DNA of 64,000 bases from an uncultured bacterium (GTDB lineage Bacteria; Patescibacteriota; Minisyncoccia; Phycocordibacterales; PALSA-1337): positions 235,315 through 299,314 of the forward strand of contig CAIMDG010000001.1 in assembly GCA_903839725.1 (NCBI GenBank). The letters run 5' to 3'. Of this stretch, positions 38,342-48,425 are shown piece after piece (position 1 is the first letter of the stretch; every line of letters starts with the position of its first letter). The notes under the pieces were generated by a model. It was not told the origin of the DNA, did no database searches, and saw only the letters and a list, made by a program, of their open reading frames with translations. The position numbers and the translations under genes are program-made.

Positions 38342-39382
38342 TTATATCTTCGACTTATTGAAGACGAGATAGAGAACTGTAGCAAAGAGAAGGAGGATAA
38401 TGAGTATCGCGATCCAACCCCATGGAACATTTCCAAGTGAGAACAAAGATGCGGCAGAGAGTGAGTTTCCAGCAGTAGTTGTATTTGAACTAACTGTTGT
38501 CTTTGTATTTGATGAAGCAATGTTTGAACCTGCTCCTGTACCACGAACTGCGAGTGTATTAGTACATGAACGAGTACCTGTCTTACCATCAGCTGATGTA
38601 ACGGTAACGATGGCATTCTTTTCACCAGTTGTACTATATGTTTTGATGACAGATTTCGCTGTACCAGTCAAAGCATCAGAACCAGTCCATGAATATGTGT
38701 ATGGAGCAACACCACCAGTAACTTCTACCAACCATGTAATAGGCTGATTAACTGTGATTGTTGCAGGATCTGAGTAACAACCGATCTGAAGATCTTGATT
38801 CGAGTTAGAAGTTGTAGTGTACTGATTTGAATATTGCTGGTACACAACAGGCTGTTGGTACTGATAATATGCGTAATTGTAATTGATACCTACACTTGTT
38901 CCACAACTCTGAGTAGTTGACTGTCCGTTTGAGTATACGGTAACAGTTCCATATTTCTGACCAGGATTTGAATAGGCATTCGTAACGTATTGACCTGACC
39001 CGTAGAGACCGTCAGTACCAGTCCATGAATATGTGTAATTTCCATTTCCGCCAGTAGCATACGCAGACCACGTTACAGAAGTTCCGACATAACCACTTGT
39101 TGTATTTGGGCTACATGAAACACTGAGGGCCTGATAATAGGTAGTTGGAGGATAATACACTGGTGGCTGTTGATAGACAGGTGGCTGATATACAGGATAC
39201 TGAGGACGTGTATTACATGAACCGAAACGGTCACAGTAATTGGAGTTATATTGATAACTTCCACATCCGCCATATGAGTCACACCCATGAGCCTGGGCAG
39301 GTGTAACTACCATGAACATGCCAAAGGCAAGCATGAATGCCACACTGAGGATGAGATATGTTTTATTGATTGTATAATTCAT
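38342..39382 (-). CDS. Cell-surface protein with two PKD-like repeats and a C-terminal TM anchor
   Basis: Signal peptide, YQPPV repeats, two copies of TGG..YTYSWTG.D.L.G, hydrophobic C-terminus. Confidence 0.8.
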   Translation of the reverse strand: MNYTINKTYLILSVAFMLAFGMFMVVTPAQAHGCDSYGGCGSYQYNSNYCDRFGSCNTRPQYPVYQPPVYQQPPVYYPPTTYYQALSVSCSPNTTSGYVGTSVTWSAYATGGNGNYTYSWTGTDGLYGSGQYVTNAYSNPGQKYGTVTVYSNGQSTTQSCGTSVGINYNYAYYQYQQPVVYQQYSNQYTTTSNSNQDLQIGCYSDPATITVNQPITWLVEVTGGVAPYTYSWTGSDALTGTAKSVIKTYSTTGEKNAIVTVTSADGKTGTRSCTNTLAVRGTGAGSNIASSNTKTTVSSNTTTAGNSLSAASLFSLGNVPWGWIAILIILLLFATVLYLVFNKSKI

Positions 39383-39517
39383 GGTTTTAGGCGACATCCC
39401 TATTATTCTCTGGCCATATGGCTTAACAGAGGCGTACAATAGGAATATTCAGCGATTAAATATTGTAATACCAGTATTGTATACTATATTAGATAAAAAG
39501 TCAAGCCCCCCTCTATA

Positions 39518-39541
39518 TTGGTGCCAAGGACCAGGGTCGAA
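39518..39541 (-). repeat. Duplicate of the tRNA-Phe 3' end (att-like scar)
   Basis: TTGGTGCCAAGGACCAGGGTCGAA versus 39588-39611 TTGGTGCCAAGGACCGGGGTCGAA (23/24). Confidence 0.85.
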
Positions 39542-39588
39542 TGTCTCCCCTTTCGTATTGAATCACAAGACTATTCTAAAAGACGATT

Positions 39589-39664
39589 TGGTGCCAAGGA
39601 CCGGGGTCGAACCGGTGACCCTTCCCTCTTCAGGGGAATGCTCTACCAACTGAGCTACCTTGGC
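39589..39664 (-). tRNA. tRNA-Phe(GAA) with encoded CCA
   Basis: GCCAAGG/CCTTGGC acceptor stem and TTCCC-CTGAAGA-GGGAA anticodon arm. Confidence 0.96.
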
Positions 39665-39674
39665 GTATAGAAAA

Positions 39675-39941
39675 CTATTTTAACAAACCTTGCAGTGAAC
39701 TAATTGCACTATGAGTTGTCGCTGCATCACCTTGAATCTTGCCATACAATGTGAAGATCATCTCTATATATGGTTGGATCACGTAGTATGCACCGAAACT
39801 CACTCCTATAATAATCACCCAGTAACATACGGTCATCAGAGTCGCAAATCTATTTGCGCGACGCAATGAATGAAGTATTTTATTGTTCTCTTCCGCGAGT
39901 TTATGTGTCCTCTCGAGAAGTGATCGCTCTTCTGGGGTCAT
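39675..39941 (-). CDS. Small membrane protein
   Basis: Starts MTPEERSLL; one TM segment. Confidence 0.7.
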   Translation of the reverse strand: MTPEERSLLERTHKLAEENNKILHSLRRANRFATLMTVCYWVIIIGVSFGAYYVIQPYIEMIFTLYGKIQGDAATTHSAISSLQGLLK

Positions 39942-40080
39942 GGGAAATACTTTAACAGATATTGAGCCTTTGAGCAAAGATTTTACCGATAGCTCGAGCC
40001 TAAAAAATAGTGTACAGTTTATCTTGCAAAGTCTAGACTCAATCATATTTCGTCTTTAGACTTTAATTTTTTACTCATTC

Positions 40081-40152
40081 GCCCTTGTAGTTCAATGGAT
40101 AGAATCGTCCCGTCCTAAGGGATTGATGCAGGTTCGATTCCTGCCAAGGGCA
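40081..40152 (+). tRNA. tRNA-Arg(CCT)
   Basis: GCCCTTG/CAAGGGC acceptor stem, anticodon loop GTCCTAA, GGTTCGATTCC. Confidence 0.92.
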
Positions 40153-40262
40153 CATGTTACATAACCACTAGCGAGCTAACTGCTTGACTCGCGCTAAGGA
40201 ATCGAATTTTGACATATATTTACCGAAAGAGTAACCTTTCAATAGAATAAAACTACATATGT

Positions 40263-40670
40263 ATGAACACATCTCTTTCTGATCCAATCAGACACATTGT
40301 TGAAAAACGAGAAAAAATTGATGCAATCGACCGCCAGATTGCAGAGCTTATTTGCAAACGGTTTAAACTTGTCAAAGACATCGGCTCAATCAAACACGAA
40401 CACAAGCTTACTATTCACGACCCTTCACGAGAATCACGACAAATGAGTATTCTCGGAGGAATAGCTCGTGAACATAATGTTCCCCATGGTGTCGTTGTAT
40501 TCCCCTTCAAAATGGTGACGATCATGTCACGTCAGACACAGGGTGAAAAACGCACCGAACACATCACCCCTCGGTATTGTTGGTCCTGCGAATGGAGAAC
40601 GTGTGGACTCGATGATCCAGGCGGTAGTAGTTTCCGAATTTGCCCACGCTGTAGCATGCCCTTACTCTGA
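40263..40670 (+). CDS. Chorismate mutase (AroQ-type) domain with a C-terminal zinc ribbon
   Basis: REKIDAIDRQIAELICKRF..IGSIK..DPSRE, then CWSC...CPRC. Confidence 0.75.
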   Translation: MNTSLSDPIRHIVEKREKIDAIDRQIAELICKRFKLVKDIGSIKHEHKLTIHDPSRESRQMSILGGIAREHNVPHGVVVFPFKMVTIMSRQTQGEKRTEHITPRYCWSCEWRTCGLDDPGGSSFRICPRCSMPLL

Positions 40671-40726
40671 CTACTATTCACTTTCGTTATACACGTCCTC
40701 GAGGCGTGTATTTTTGTATACATTAT

Positions 40727-41719
40727 TTATTCCTCGTCATCAACATCCTCACCACCAGTTGTCTCTCCCCCGTTTTTCTCAAATTCCATCAATGCTTCAG
40801 TAATAGGATCAAATTTACCTAACAAAATTGCAGGAAGGTTGTGCCATGATTGCTTGATACGGTGATCTGTTACGCGATCTTGTGGGAAGTTATACGTACG
40901 AATCTTTTCTGAACGTGAACCGGTACCAATCTGACCCTTGCGGTTAGCTGCGAACTTCTGTGATTCTTGCTCTTCTTGCAAAGCCTCGAGCTTGGCAGTC
41001 AAAATAGAAAGTGCCAATTCACGGTTTGCACCCTGACTACGTTCTGCAGTCGAACGAACATCGATACCTGTTGGCTTGTGGATCAAACGCACAGCTGATT
41101 CCACCTTGTTCACGTTTTGACCGCCCTTGCCTCCAGCACGTGAGAATTCCATTTCAAGGTCAGCTGGATTGATGACAAACTTTGATTTCTTGCGAATCGG
41201 CATAATAGCAATCGTCACGGTCGAAGTATGTGTACGTCCCATCTTCTCTGTTTCTGGCACACGTTGCACACGATGCACACCTGTTTCCCAGCGAAGATTT
41301 TCAAATACATCCTTACCCTTTATTTCGAGTGAGGCTTCTTTGTATCCACCAAGATCATTTTTTGATTCATCGATAACTTTTGTTTTCCATCCTTTACTTT
41401 CAGAATATCTCTTGTACATGTCAAAAAGCTCTGCAGCAAAGAGTGCTGCCTCATCTCCTCCAGCACCAGCACGAACTTCGAGAATAATCTCTTTTGGTTT
41501 TTCATCTTCAACTTGATCAGATGCGATAATAGCCATCATCTCAGTTTCGAGAGACTTTTTTTGTTCGAGTATTGATGCAAGTTCATGTTCAGCCATTTCC
41601 TTGAATGAAGGGTCAGCTTCCAACATCGTACGTACTTCAGACTCATCTTTACTGAGCTTCTCGTACATTCCGGCCATGAATGCGGTCTTTGGGTTATTTT
41701 TGCAGATTTCTAAGTCCAT
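40727..41719 (-). CDS. prfA: Peptide chain release factor 1
   Basis: [17 protein letters not shown] (PxT), GGQNVNK and [10 protein letters not shown]. Confidence 0.96.
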   Translation of the reverse strand: MDLEICKNNPKTAFMAGMYEKLSKDESEVRTMLEADPSFKEMAEHELASILEQKKSLETEMMAIIASDQVEDEKPKEIILEVRAGAGGDEAALFAAELFDMYKRYSESKGWKTKVIDESKNDLGGYKEASLEIKGKDVFENLRWETGVHRVQRVPETEKMGRTHTSTVTIAIMPIRKKSKFVINPADLEMEFSRAGGKGGQNVNKVESAVRLIHKPTGIDVRSTAERSQGANRELALSILTAKLEALQEEQESQKFAANRKGQIGTGSRSEKIRTYNFPQDRVTDHRIKQSWHNLPAILLGKFDPITEALMEFEKNGGETTGGEDVDDEE

Positions 41720-41733
41720 AGTGGTTTAAATAT

Positions 41734-41797
41734 AATACGAATCAACGAATAATGCGAATGCAACAAATTTGTAGCATTCGCATTATTTGTAGATTCG
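41734..41797. repeat. Intergenic periodic palindrome, copy 3
   Basis: Left arm is 25/26 identical to 7911-7936; right arm is 28/30 identical to 7971-8000. Confidence 0.85.
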
Positions 41798-41804
41798 AAT
41801 CTCC

Positions 41805-42059
41805 CTACTTCTTTGACTTTGCGAGACGATTCTTGAACTTTTCAACACGACCAGCAGTATCGATAGTCTTTTCCTGATTTGTGTAGAATGGGTGAGATGC
41901 ACTTGAGATTTCGAGATTGTAGACAGGATATTCTTTTCCATCAGTCCACTTTGCAGTTTCCTTGGTGTGAGCTGTTGAAGAAATCAAAAACTTAGCGCCG
42001 CTAGAATTGTCGGCGAAGATGACTGGGCGATAATTTTCTGGGTGTATATCCTTTTTCAT
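41805..42059 (-). CDS. rpmE: 50S ribosomal protein L31 type B (Cys-less)
   Basis: [15 protein letters not shown] and GRVEKF. Confidence 0.95.
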   Translation of the reverse strand: MKKDIHPENYRPVIFADNSSGAKFLISSTAHTKETAKWTDGKEYPVYNLEISSASHPFYTNQEKTIDTAGRVEKFKNRLAKSKK

Positions 42060-42187
42060 AGTCATCATAAATTATCACAACTTGAGGTAAAGTGCAACTT
42101 TTCTTGTCCAAGGCCTGACTTCGGGCAGATTACTATAGGTATTATGGTCATTGTATGGTACTTTTAAGACACATATATCCTTCTCCT

Positions 42188-42691
42188 ATGCTTCATATCA
42201 AAGAAAAAAGCGTTCATGAAATATTCATCGCGAGTCTCGTTCTCAAAGGAATTGGTTCCGTATTGGAAATACTTGGTGGTGTACTTTTCATATTCACAGG
42301 GAAAATAACTGATTTTTTGACCAATCTTGCACAAACAGAATTACTCGAGGATCCCAATGATTTCATTTCGACTCAAATACAACACTGGGTTCCCTATTTC
42401 AATGGTCATCTACAGACATTTGGAGCAATGTATCTCCTTTCCCACGGTATCGTGAAGACATTCTTGGTCATCGGTCTGCTCCGCAATAAATTGTGGGCAT
42501 ATCCTGCGAGTATCACTGTGCTCTGTCTCTTCATCGTATATCAACTCTATCGTCTCACCTTCGGATATTCACTCTTCTTGATATGGCTCACCGTATTCGA
42601 TATATTCCTCATCTTCCTTACCTGGCATGAATACAAGCTTGTCAGTAAGCATCTTCCGCTTGATAAGGGGTACGTGAAGGAACTTCCATAA
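42188..42691 (+). CDS. DUF2127-family membrane protein
   Basis: LKG..LEI.GG, YLLSHGIVK and LWAYP; start moved to MLHIKE. Confidence 0.8.
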   Translation: MLHIKEKSVHEIFIASLVLKGIGSVLEILGGVLFIFTGKITDFLTNLAQTELLEDPNDFISTQIQHWVPYFNGHLQTFGAMYLLSHGIVKTFLVIGLLRNKLWAYPASITVLCLFIVYQLYRLTFGYSLFLIWLTVFDIFLIFLTWHEYKLVSKHLPLDKGYVKELP

Positions 42692-42758
42692 GGAGGGATT
42701 TTAGGGTAGTATATTTTAATTCCCTTCTGTGGTAATAAACTTCGCAGGAATAGGATAT

Positions 42759-42829
42759 TGCGGGATCGTCTAATGGTAGGACACGAGCCTTTGAAGCTTG
42801 TTATCTTGGTTCGAATCCAAGTCCCGCAG
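42759..42829 (+). tRNA. tRNA-Gln(TTG)
   Basis: TGCGGGA/TCCCGCA acceptor stem and CGAGC-CTTTGAA-GCTTG anticodon arm. Confidence 0.95.
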
Positions 42830-42934
42830 CAGTCATGTGGTAGGTTCGGGAGACCGAGACCTGTCAGTTAATTATGTTTTTGACAAAGCGTTAATTCGTG
42901 GCGTTTTTCGGCTTTTTGTGAGAAGATAGGCTTT

Positions 42935-43936
42935 ATGAAACCTGAGGAAAAATTTATCAATATCACTGATAATAAGACAAAGATCAAACAGCTAATCGAA
43001 GAATTAGTTTTGGCCCCTCGACTGAATGCCATTAAATGGTCTCAAATTACGAAGCAAACTCCAAATATCAAGATTGGATATCCTGGACAGCATTTAGCCT
43101 CATTGATTACTGGAATGCCAGGCGAAAGAACTGGTGCGCGTGGCAATGATCTAATTGACGGTTCAGAAGTTAAATCGTGTTCTCGTGTTGATCAACTTGA
43201 TGTCTGTAAGGCATGTAAGTCACCTGTATCAAGATCCGAGGAAATATGTCCTGCCTGTAACTCAAAGGATGTATCTAGAAAAGAAGATTCAAAGTGGTTA
43301 TTTACGATTAGAAACGAGAACGATCTTAAGGTTCTTATAAATGATGTTAAAAGAGTTGTTCTCCTGATCGCTGATTATCCAAATTTTGAATCAAATGATT
43401 TCAATACTCTTCGTTTTCAGGCCTACGAAATTTGGACTCAAAGTCCAAGAAATAAAAGATTTAGTGAGTTGATGGATAACTACTATCATAAGATATACCT
43501 AGGACATAAGACAAAAGATGCCTCAAAGAACCCTGCACCAAAGAATTTTTGGCCATACTCATATCAATTTTTCCTCTGTAACCCAATCCTAACTTTCTCT
43601 TGTATAGTTAAAGACGCTAATACTAAACCAAAAATTGATATTCAGCATTATATAGAACCGAACCAAGATCGATCAAAATTGGAGTCTGTACTTATGCCAC
43701 CGAATCTTCTTGGTGATCTTGAATTTGATATTCTCTTAAATAATGCAAAAAAGTCAGAGATAATTGATATGCTTAATATCGATAAAATACCAGATTTTAA
43801 ATCTATGAAGTTACCAGAGAAGAGAAAGGTCTTTAAGGGTATTGATGAGAAGCTAAGATTCTATCTCCCATTAAGAGATACTGATAAGATTTCTGAATCT
43901 AAATCTGCTTACGCTCGTAGAAAATTAGTCGAATAG
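42935..43936 (+). CDS. Type II restriction endonuclease, MamI-like
   Basis: GYPGQHLASLITG..GARGNDL.DGSEVKSC PD-ExK motif with a zinc knuckle; overlaps a convergent methyltransferase. Confidence 0.75.
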   Translation: MKPEEKFINITDNKTKIKQLIEELVLAPRLNAIKWSQITKQTPNIKIGYPGQHLASLITGMPGERTGARGNDLIDGSEVKSCSRVDQLDVCKACKSPVSRSEEICPACNSKDVSRKEDSKWLFTIRNENDLKVLINDVKRVVLLIADYPNFESNDFNTLRFQAYEIWTQSPRNKRFSELMDNYYHKIYLGHKTKDASKNPAPKNFWPYSYQFFLCNPILTFSCIVKDANTKPKIDIQHYIEPNQDRSKLESVLMPPNLLGDLEFDILLNNAKKSEIIDMLNIDKIPDFKSMKLPEKRKVFKGIDEKLRFYLPLRDTDKISESKSAYARRKLVE

Positions 43937-44884
43937 TTTTTTCTGACTCTGTAAAAATTTAATTCTTTCTTTTGCTTTTTTGACGTAATCTGGATCAATT
44001 TCTATACCTATAAATTTTCTATTTAATTCTATTGCAGCCAAGGCGGTTGAACCTGCACCTAAAAACGGGTCAAGGACTATCATGCCCTCATTTGTACTAG
44101 CTTTGATGATTCGCTTGATTAAATCAACTGGTTTTTGAGTCGGATGATATCTTTCTTCTTTGTAAAATTTGATATCTGTCCAAACATCGGTGACTCCCAT
44201 CTCTATATTAAAGGTCTGCCCAATTTCCTCGTAAGGCAACTTAAATTCAAGGGCTTTCTCAAGTTTTTCCCACATCTCCCTTGTAGGGACTTGTGCAAGT
44301 ATATTTTCTCCTGTGTATAGCGACCAGACACCGCCACCATTGATCTTAACCCCAAGTCGTTTGTTTATATCTAAAGCAGTAAGCCCAAGTTCCTTCTGTC
44401 TCTTTTTTAGGAAGTCTTTAATAAACGGCTTACTATCGTAGATAAAAAATAGAAGGCTCTCGGTTACATTTGGAAACATTTTATATCCTTTCGTTGCTCT
44501 TCCCCCAAGAGCCTGCATACCTTTATCAATTACAAGTTGTTGTCTAAAAGTAAATCCTAAGTCTAGTATGTCTTTGTATAAATATACTAGGTTTCTCATA
44601 TATCCAAATAGGTAAAGACTACCAGAAATTTTAATTATTCTTGATAGTTCAGTGAACCATTCGAAGCACCACTTAGCGTAGTCACTTTCAGTTCTCCATT
44701 GATAATCCCAATGCTCGTTTATGACTTTCCAGTAAGGAGGATCGAGAACTATTAAATCAACACTTCTACTCGGCATTTTTTTTAGTTCTTCAATACAGTC
44801 GCCACAAATAATAGAATTAACCTCTAATTGGTTAACTAATTTACTTTTTTCTTTCTTTATCTTCTTATTCGTTTTTGTTGGCAT
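43925..44884 (-). CDS. DNA amino-methyltransferase (N4/N6, beta order)
   Basis: DPPY precedes HPTQKP and DPFLGAGST. Confidence 0.93.
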   Translation of the reverse strand: MPTKTNKKIKKEKSKLVNQLEVNSIICGDCIEELKKMPSRSVDLIVLDPPYWKVINEHWDYQWRTESDYAKWCFEWFTELSRIIKISGSLYLFGYMRNLVYLYKDILDLGFTFRQQLVIDKGMQALGGRATKGYKMFPNVTESLLFFIYDSKPFIKDFLKKRQKELGLTALDINKRLGVKINGGGVWSLYTGENILAQVPTREMWEKLEKALEFKLPYEEIGQTFNIEMGVTDVWTDIKFYKEERYHPTQKPVDLIKRIIKASTNEGMIVLDPFLGAGSTALAAIELNRKFIGIEIDPDYVKKAKERIKFLQSQKKLFD

Positions 44885-44924
44885 TGTTGTTGATATTATG
44901 GCTTATTTCTAAGGTTTATACAAT

Positions 44925-46250
44925 TTAGACTTCATTCAAATATAATGTTTTATTATTAAGTTTAATTTTACTTTTTAAACAACTGAGCAACTCGCGTTTT
45001 TCAAAACTTGTACCTTCTCTTAGGATATATTTTGCATAGTTTCTGATTTCTATGTCCGCAACCTTTATCTTCTCGGTTTTACCAAGAACACCCGACTGAA
45101 ACTTCTTGTATCTCTCAACCTCAGCTTTTATATGCTCCTTCATACCGATCTCATCTAGATTAAGGGTGTCAATCATTTCCTCAAATTGTTTGATAAGATC
45201 TTCTTCTCGGATATACCCACACTTACAATCTTTATCTGCAAACCTGCTACATCCGTAGTACACATATCGATGCACATTTCCGTTAGCTTGTTTCTTGAAT
45301 TTCTCATCAGCAGTTATACCTGATCCACATAATCCACACTTGATGAGTTTCGTGAAGGCAAATTCCTTATTTTCAACTCGTATAATCGACCGTTGCATTT
45401 TCTCTTGCACGATATCAAATAGTTCCTTGGTGATGATCGGTTCATGTTTTCCCGTATACCATCGACCACTATTCTTTGGGTACTCGAAGCTACCGTAGTA
45501 GAAGTGATTTTTGAGGAGAATGTACACGTTGCTTAGGGTAAGTGGTTTACCTGACTTCGCTTTGAATTTGATTTCGTCCCGAAGCCAATAAAATATCTTT
45601 TTCCCACTCACGCCCTCATATGCCACTCGTTCGAACATCTTCTTCATGATCGGTGCTCGTTGATGATCTATATAGACGACCCCTTTCTCATTCACGTTGG
45701 TGCTATTAATGTAGCCTGTAGTTGCTACAGAAGGCCATAGACCCATCTCACACTTCGTTTTCAATCCTCGCTTCACATTGATGCTCTTGTTGTCGTTCTC
45801 GAGCTTAGCTTGGGATCCAAGGATCATGAGTAGGAACTTCTCATTTGGATTGTTCGTAAATTTCTGACTGTGCGTTCGTATCTCTATGAGGAGCTTCTGG
45901 TCAAGCAGATCGACAAGCGCTCCAAGATCTCCGGCATTTCTGCTCAGGCGATCAGGGTGCCATGTAATAATGCCGTTGAACTTTCCGCTCCGTATGTCTT
46001 GAAGAAGTTGATTGTACACAGGCCGTTGCCCGCAATCCTTTGCTGAATGGGACTCGCGATATACTTCAACAATATCGAGTTCGTCCCTTTGGGCAGTAGT
46101 GATCATTTCTTTGATCTGCGAGTCGATTGAAAGCGCTTGCCTTTCCTCCGCCTCACTCGATTTTCGAGCATAGAGGCAGTAACGTATTGGTAACGGCTTT
46201 ACCTCAAGATTGCCCATATTACTCCTCAGACCTATTGTTTTTGTTTCCAT
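44925..46250 (-). CDS. Large serine recombinase
   Basis: YARKSSE catalytic serine, DRLSRN, recombinase domain (HEPIIT) and zinc ribbon CGLCG..YYGC. Confidence 0.93.
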   Translation of the reverse strand: METKTIGLRSNMGNLEVKPLPIRYCLYARKSSEAEERQALSIDSQIKEMITTAQRDELDIVEVYRESHSAKDCGQRPVYNQLLQDIRSGKFNGIITWHPDRLSRNAGDLGALVDLLDQKLLIEIRTHSQKFTNNPNEKFLLMILGSQAKLENDNKSINVKRGLKTKCEMGLWPSVATTGYINSTNVNEKGVVYIDHQRAPIMKKMFERVAYEGVSGKKIFYWLRDEIKFKAKSGKPLTLSNVYILLKNHFYYGSFEYPKNSGRWYTGKHEPIITKELFDIVQEKMQRSIIRVENKEFAFTKLIKCGLCGSGITADEKFKKQANGNVHRYVYYGCSRFADKDCKCGYIREEDLIKQFEEMIDTLNLDEIGMKEHIKAEVERYKKFQSGVLGKTEKIKVADIEIRNYAKYILREGTSFEKRELLSCLKSKIKLNNKTLYLNEV

Positions 46251-46364
46251 ACTTACATTGATGACGCAGCCCCTCTTGAGAGTCTAGGACGCATCTGTTG
46301 GTAACTTATTCAGGCTATAATAATTAGCTTTTAAAATTAGTATTTTTGTGCTATAACTGGCCTA

Positions 46365-48125
46365 ATGAAACTTAAGAAAGTCAACATATCGGGTTTCCGA
46401 TCAATAAAGAAAACTGAGATACTTCTTGTTGAAGAGAAGATGACTATTCTAATCGGTGCAAACGATCACGGAAAGACTAATATTTTGAGTGCAATTGAAT
46501 TTTTGAATGAGGAAAAAACTTTTGTTCCAGATGATATTAACTGGGATCTTGAGACTGATCCAGATATAACAATAGAATGGCATTTTACACCATCGAGCGC
46601 TGCACTTGAGAAACTTGCATCACTTGAACATCAAACTGTTGAAGGTGAAGAGAGGCCGCCAATGATTGAAACCAATAAAGAGAATGAAATAGTTTATTAC
46701 CGAAAACATAGCGATAATAAAATAAAGGTTAAAAGTGTTCCTGGTATAATCCCTGTAGCAAAAGAGGTAGATGTTTTACAGTTGAGACCACGTATTGAAT
46801 TATTTGCGCCTCCAACTGCGAACTTGAGAGATCAAGTAAACCTAGGTCAACTTGAAACTTTGGAATTTGAATTTATGCAAGGAATATTTAGACTTGCTGG
46901 TATTTGGGATGTAAGGAAGGATATTTTTGTACAAAATGATAAGACTTCAAAATTGCTTGATGAGGCGTCATTGAAACTTACTGAAGTCCTAAATACTAAA
47001 TGGAATCAAGGCAGAGATCTAAAATGGAAAATAGAGCACACAGGAACAAACGGTGATCATATAGCCATAAAGATTCAAGATCCCGCTATTGGGACAAGGT
47101 ATACACGACCCTCTCTTAGGTCGTCTGGTTTTCGTACCTATTTCTTGCTTTCAATGATTACTTATGCTCGAACTGAAAATAAGGTTGCAGATTCGTATGT
47201 GTATCTCTTTGATGAACCAGGCACATATTTGCATCCTCATGCTCAATTGGATCTACAACGTAGCTTTGAATCAATATCTGGAAAGACGCAGATTATATAT
47301 ACAACACATTCACTTTTTCTTATCAATAAAAACTATCCTGGTAGAAATCGTGTAATAAGCAAAGCGAAAGACGGCACTAAAATTGACCAAAAGCCTTTTG
47401 TAAAAAATTGGAAATCTGTCCGAGAGTCACTTGGTATACTACTTAGTAATAATTTTCTTATTGCTGAAAAAACTCTTCTTGTTGAAGGCCCTTCTGATGT
47501 GATTTATATTCTTCATGCAATTAAGAAACTTAAAGCGGCGGATGAAATAGACATCGATCTCAATGATCTAAGCGTTGTTGATGCTGGGACATCTGAAAAC
47601 TATCTTGCTATGGCAAAGTTGATGGTTGCTGAAGGTCGTGAGGTTGTCGCGCTTTTGGATGGTGATAAGAAAGGTGAAGAAATAGAGAAACAATTGAAAA
47701 AAGTTTGCGAAAAAGAAATTAAGGATGGGAAACTCCAGATTCTCAAACTCCCTAAGGATAAATCAATAGAAGATATATTCACTGATGTGTCTGTTACCAA
47801 AAAAGCAATTGAGGCACTTGCTACTGATCTTATTGGAATGGGTATTCGTAAGTTGAAAAACGGAATTAACCTTGCTGGCGAAGTTGCCAAAATCGCGCCA
47901 ACTACTACTTTAACACTCGGAAGAATCATAGATGAAAAAACAACTTCAATGTTTGATCCAGAAGAGAAGCTTTCAAAACTTTCTATCGCACTAAAATATG
48001 AGGATATTATGTCGGACTCGGTTGCACTACCAGATAATGCTAAAGAGCAGATAGAAAAAATTAAAGACAAACTTTCTCTTAAAAATGAGAGAAATGATGA
48101 AAAATCTATTTTTGAAGAGGTCTAA
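46365..48125 (+). CDS. OLD-family ATP-dependent nuclease (ABC ATPase plus TOPRIM)
   Basis: GFRSI, GANDHGKT, FDEPG..LHP, TTHS, LLVEGPSD and LLDGD. Confidence 0.88.
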   Translation: MKLKKVNISGFRSIKKTEILLVEEKMTILIGANDHGKTNILSAIEFLNEEKTFVPDDINWDLETDPDITIEWHFTPSSAALEKLASLEHQTVEGEERPPMIETNKENEIVYYRKHSDNKIKVKSVPGIIPVAKEVDVLQLRPRIELFAPPTANLRDQVNLGQLETLEFEFMQGIFRLAGIWDVRKDIFVQNDKTSKLLDEASLKLTEVLNTKWNQGRDLKWKIEHTGTNGDHIAIKIQDPAIGTRYTRPSLRSSGFRTYFLLSMITYARTENKVADSYVYLFDEPGTYLHPHAQLDLQRSFESISGKTQIIYTTHSLFLINKNYPGRNRVISKAKDGTKIDQKPFVKNWKSVRESLGILLSNNFLIAEKTLLVEGPSDVIYILHAIKKLKAADEIDIDLNDLSVVDAGTSENYLAMAKLMVAEGREVVALLDGDKKGEEIEKQLKKVCEKEIKDGKLQILKLPKDKSIEDIFTDVSVTKKAIEALATDLIGMGIRKLKNGINLAGEVAKIAPTTTLTLGRIIDEKTTSMFDPEEKLSKLSIALKYEDIMSDSVALPDNAKEQIEKIKDKLSLKNERNDEKSIFEEV

Positions 48126-48275
48126 ACATGACTGTTGGTAACTCGACTTCGCAACCCCTCTAATCTAAGCTAAGGTACAGGACAGATTTTGATATTTCTG
48201 GTATTATTATTTTACAACTGAATAAGTGACCTAACCCCTAAATAACCCTTTGTTTTCTAGGATATGGTCGAAAAG

Positions 48276-48421
48276 CCGTCCAAAGTAAAGAACTCCTAAT
48301 CAGAGCTACTTTGGACGGTCACATCTCGAAAGAGGTGTGGGCACTCCCTGCGGGGTTTGTCGGCCTGGTTAGGAGCTTTTTGCTATCTAGTTCTCGGTCA
48401 TTATTAGTAAAACCGTCCAAA
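48276..48421 (+). ncRNA. Candidate c4-like structured antisense/leader RNA
   Basis: 12-bp stem, loop complementary to a downstream segment, GAAA-capped hairpin, and CCGTCCAAA repeated just before the next ATG. Confidence 0.5.
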
Positions 48422-48425
48422 TTTT

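Noticed and set aside
46365-48125. Gabija system
   Set aside because: The OLD/GajA-like nuclease has no adjacent UvrD-like GajB gene.
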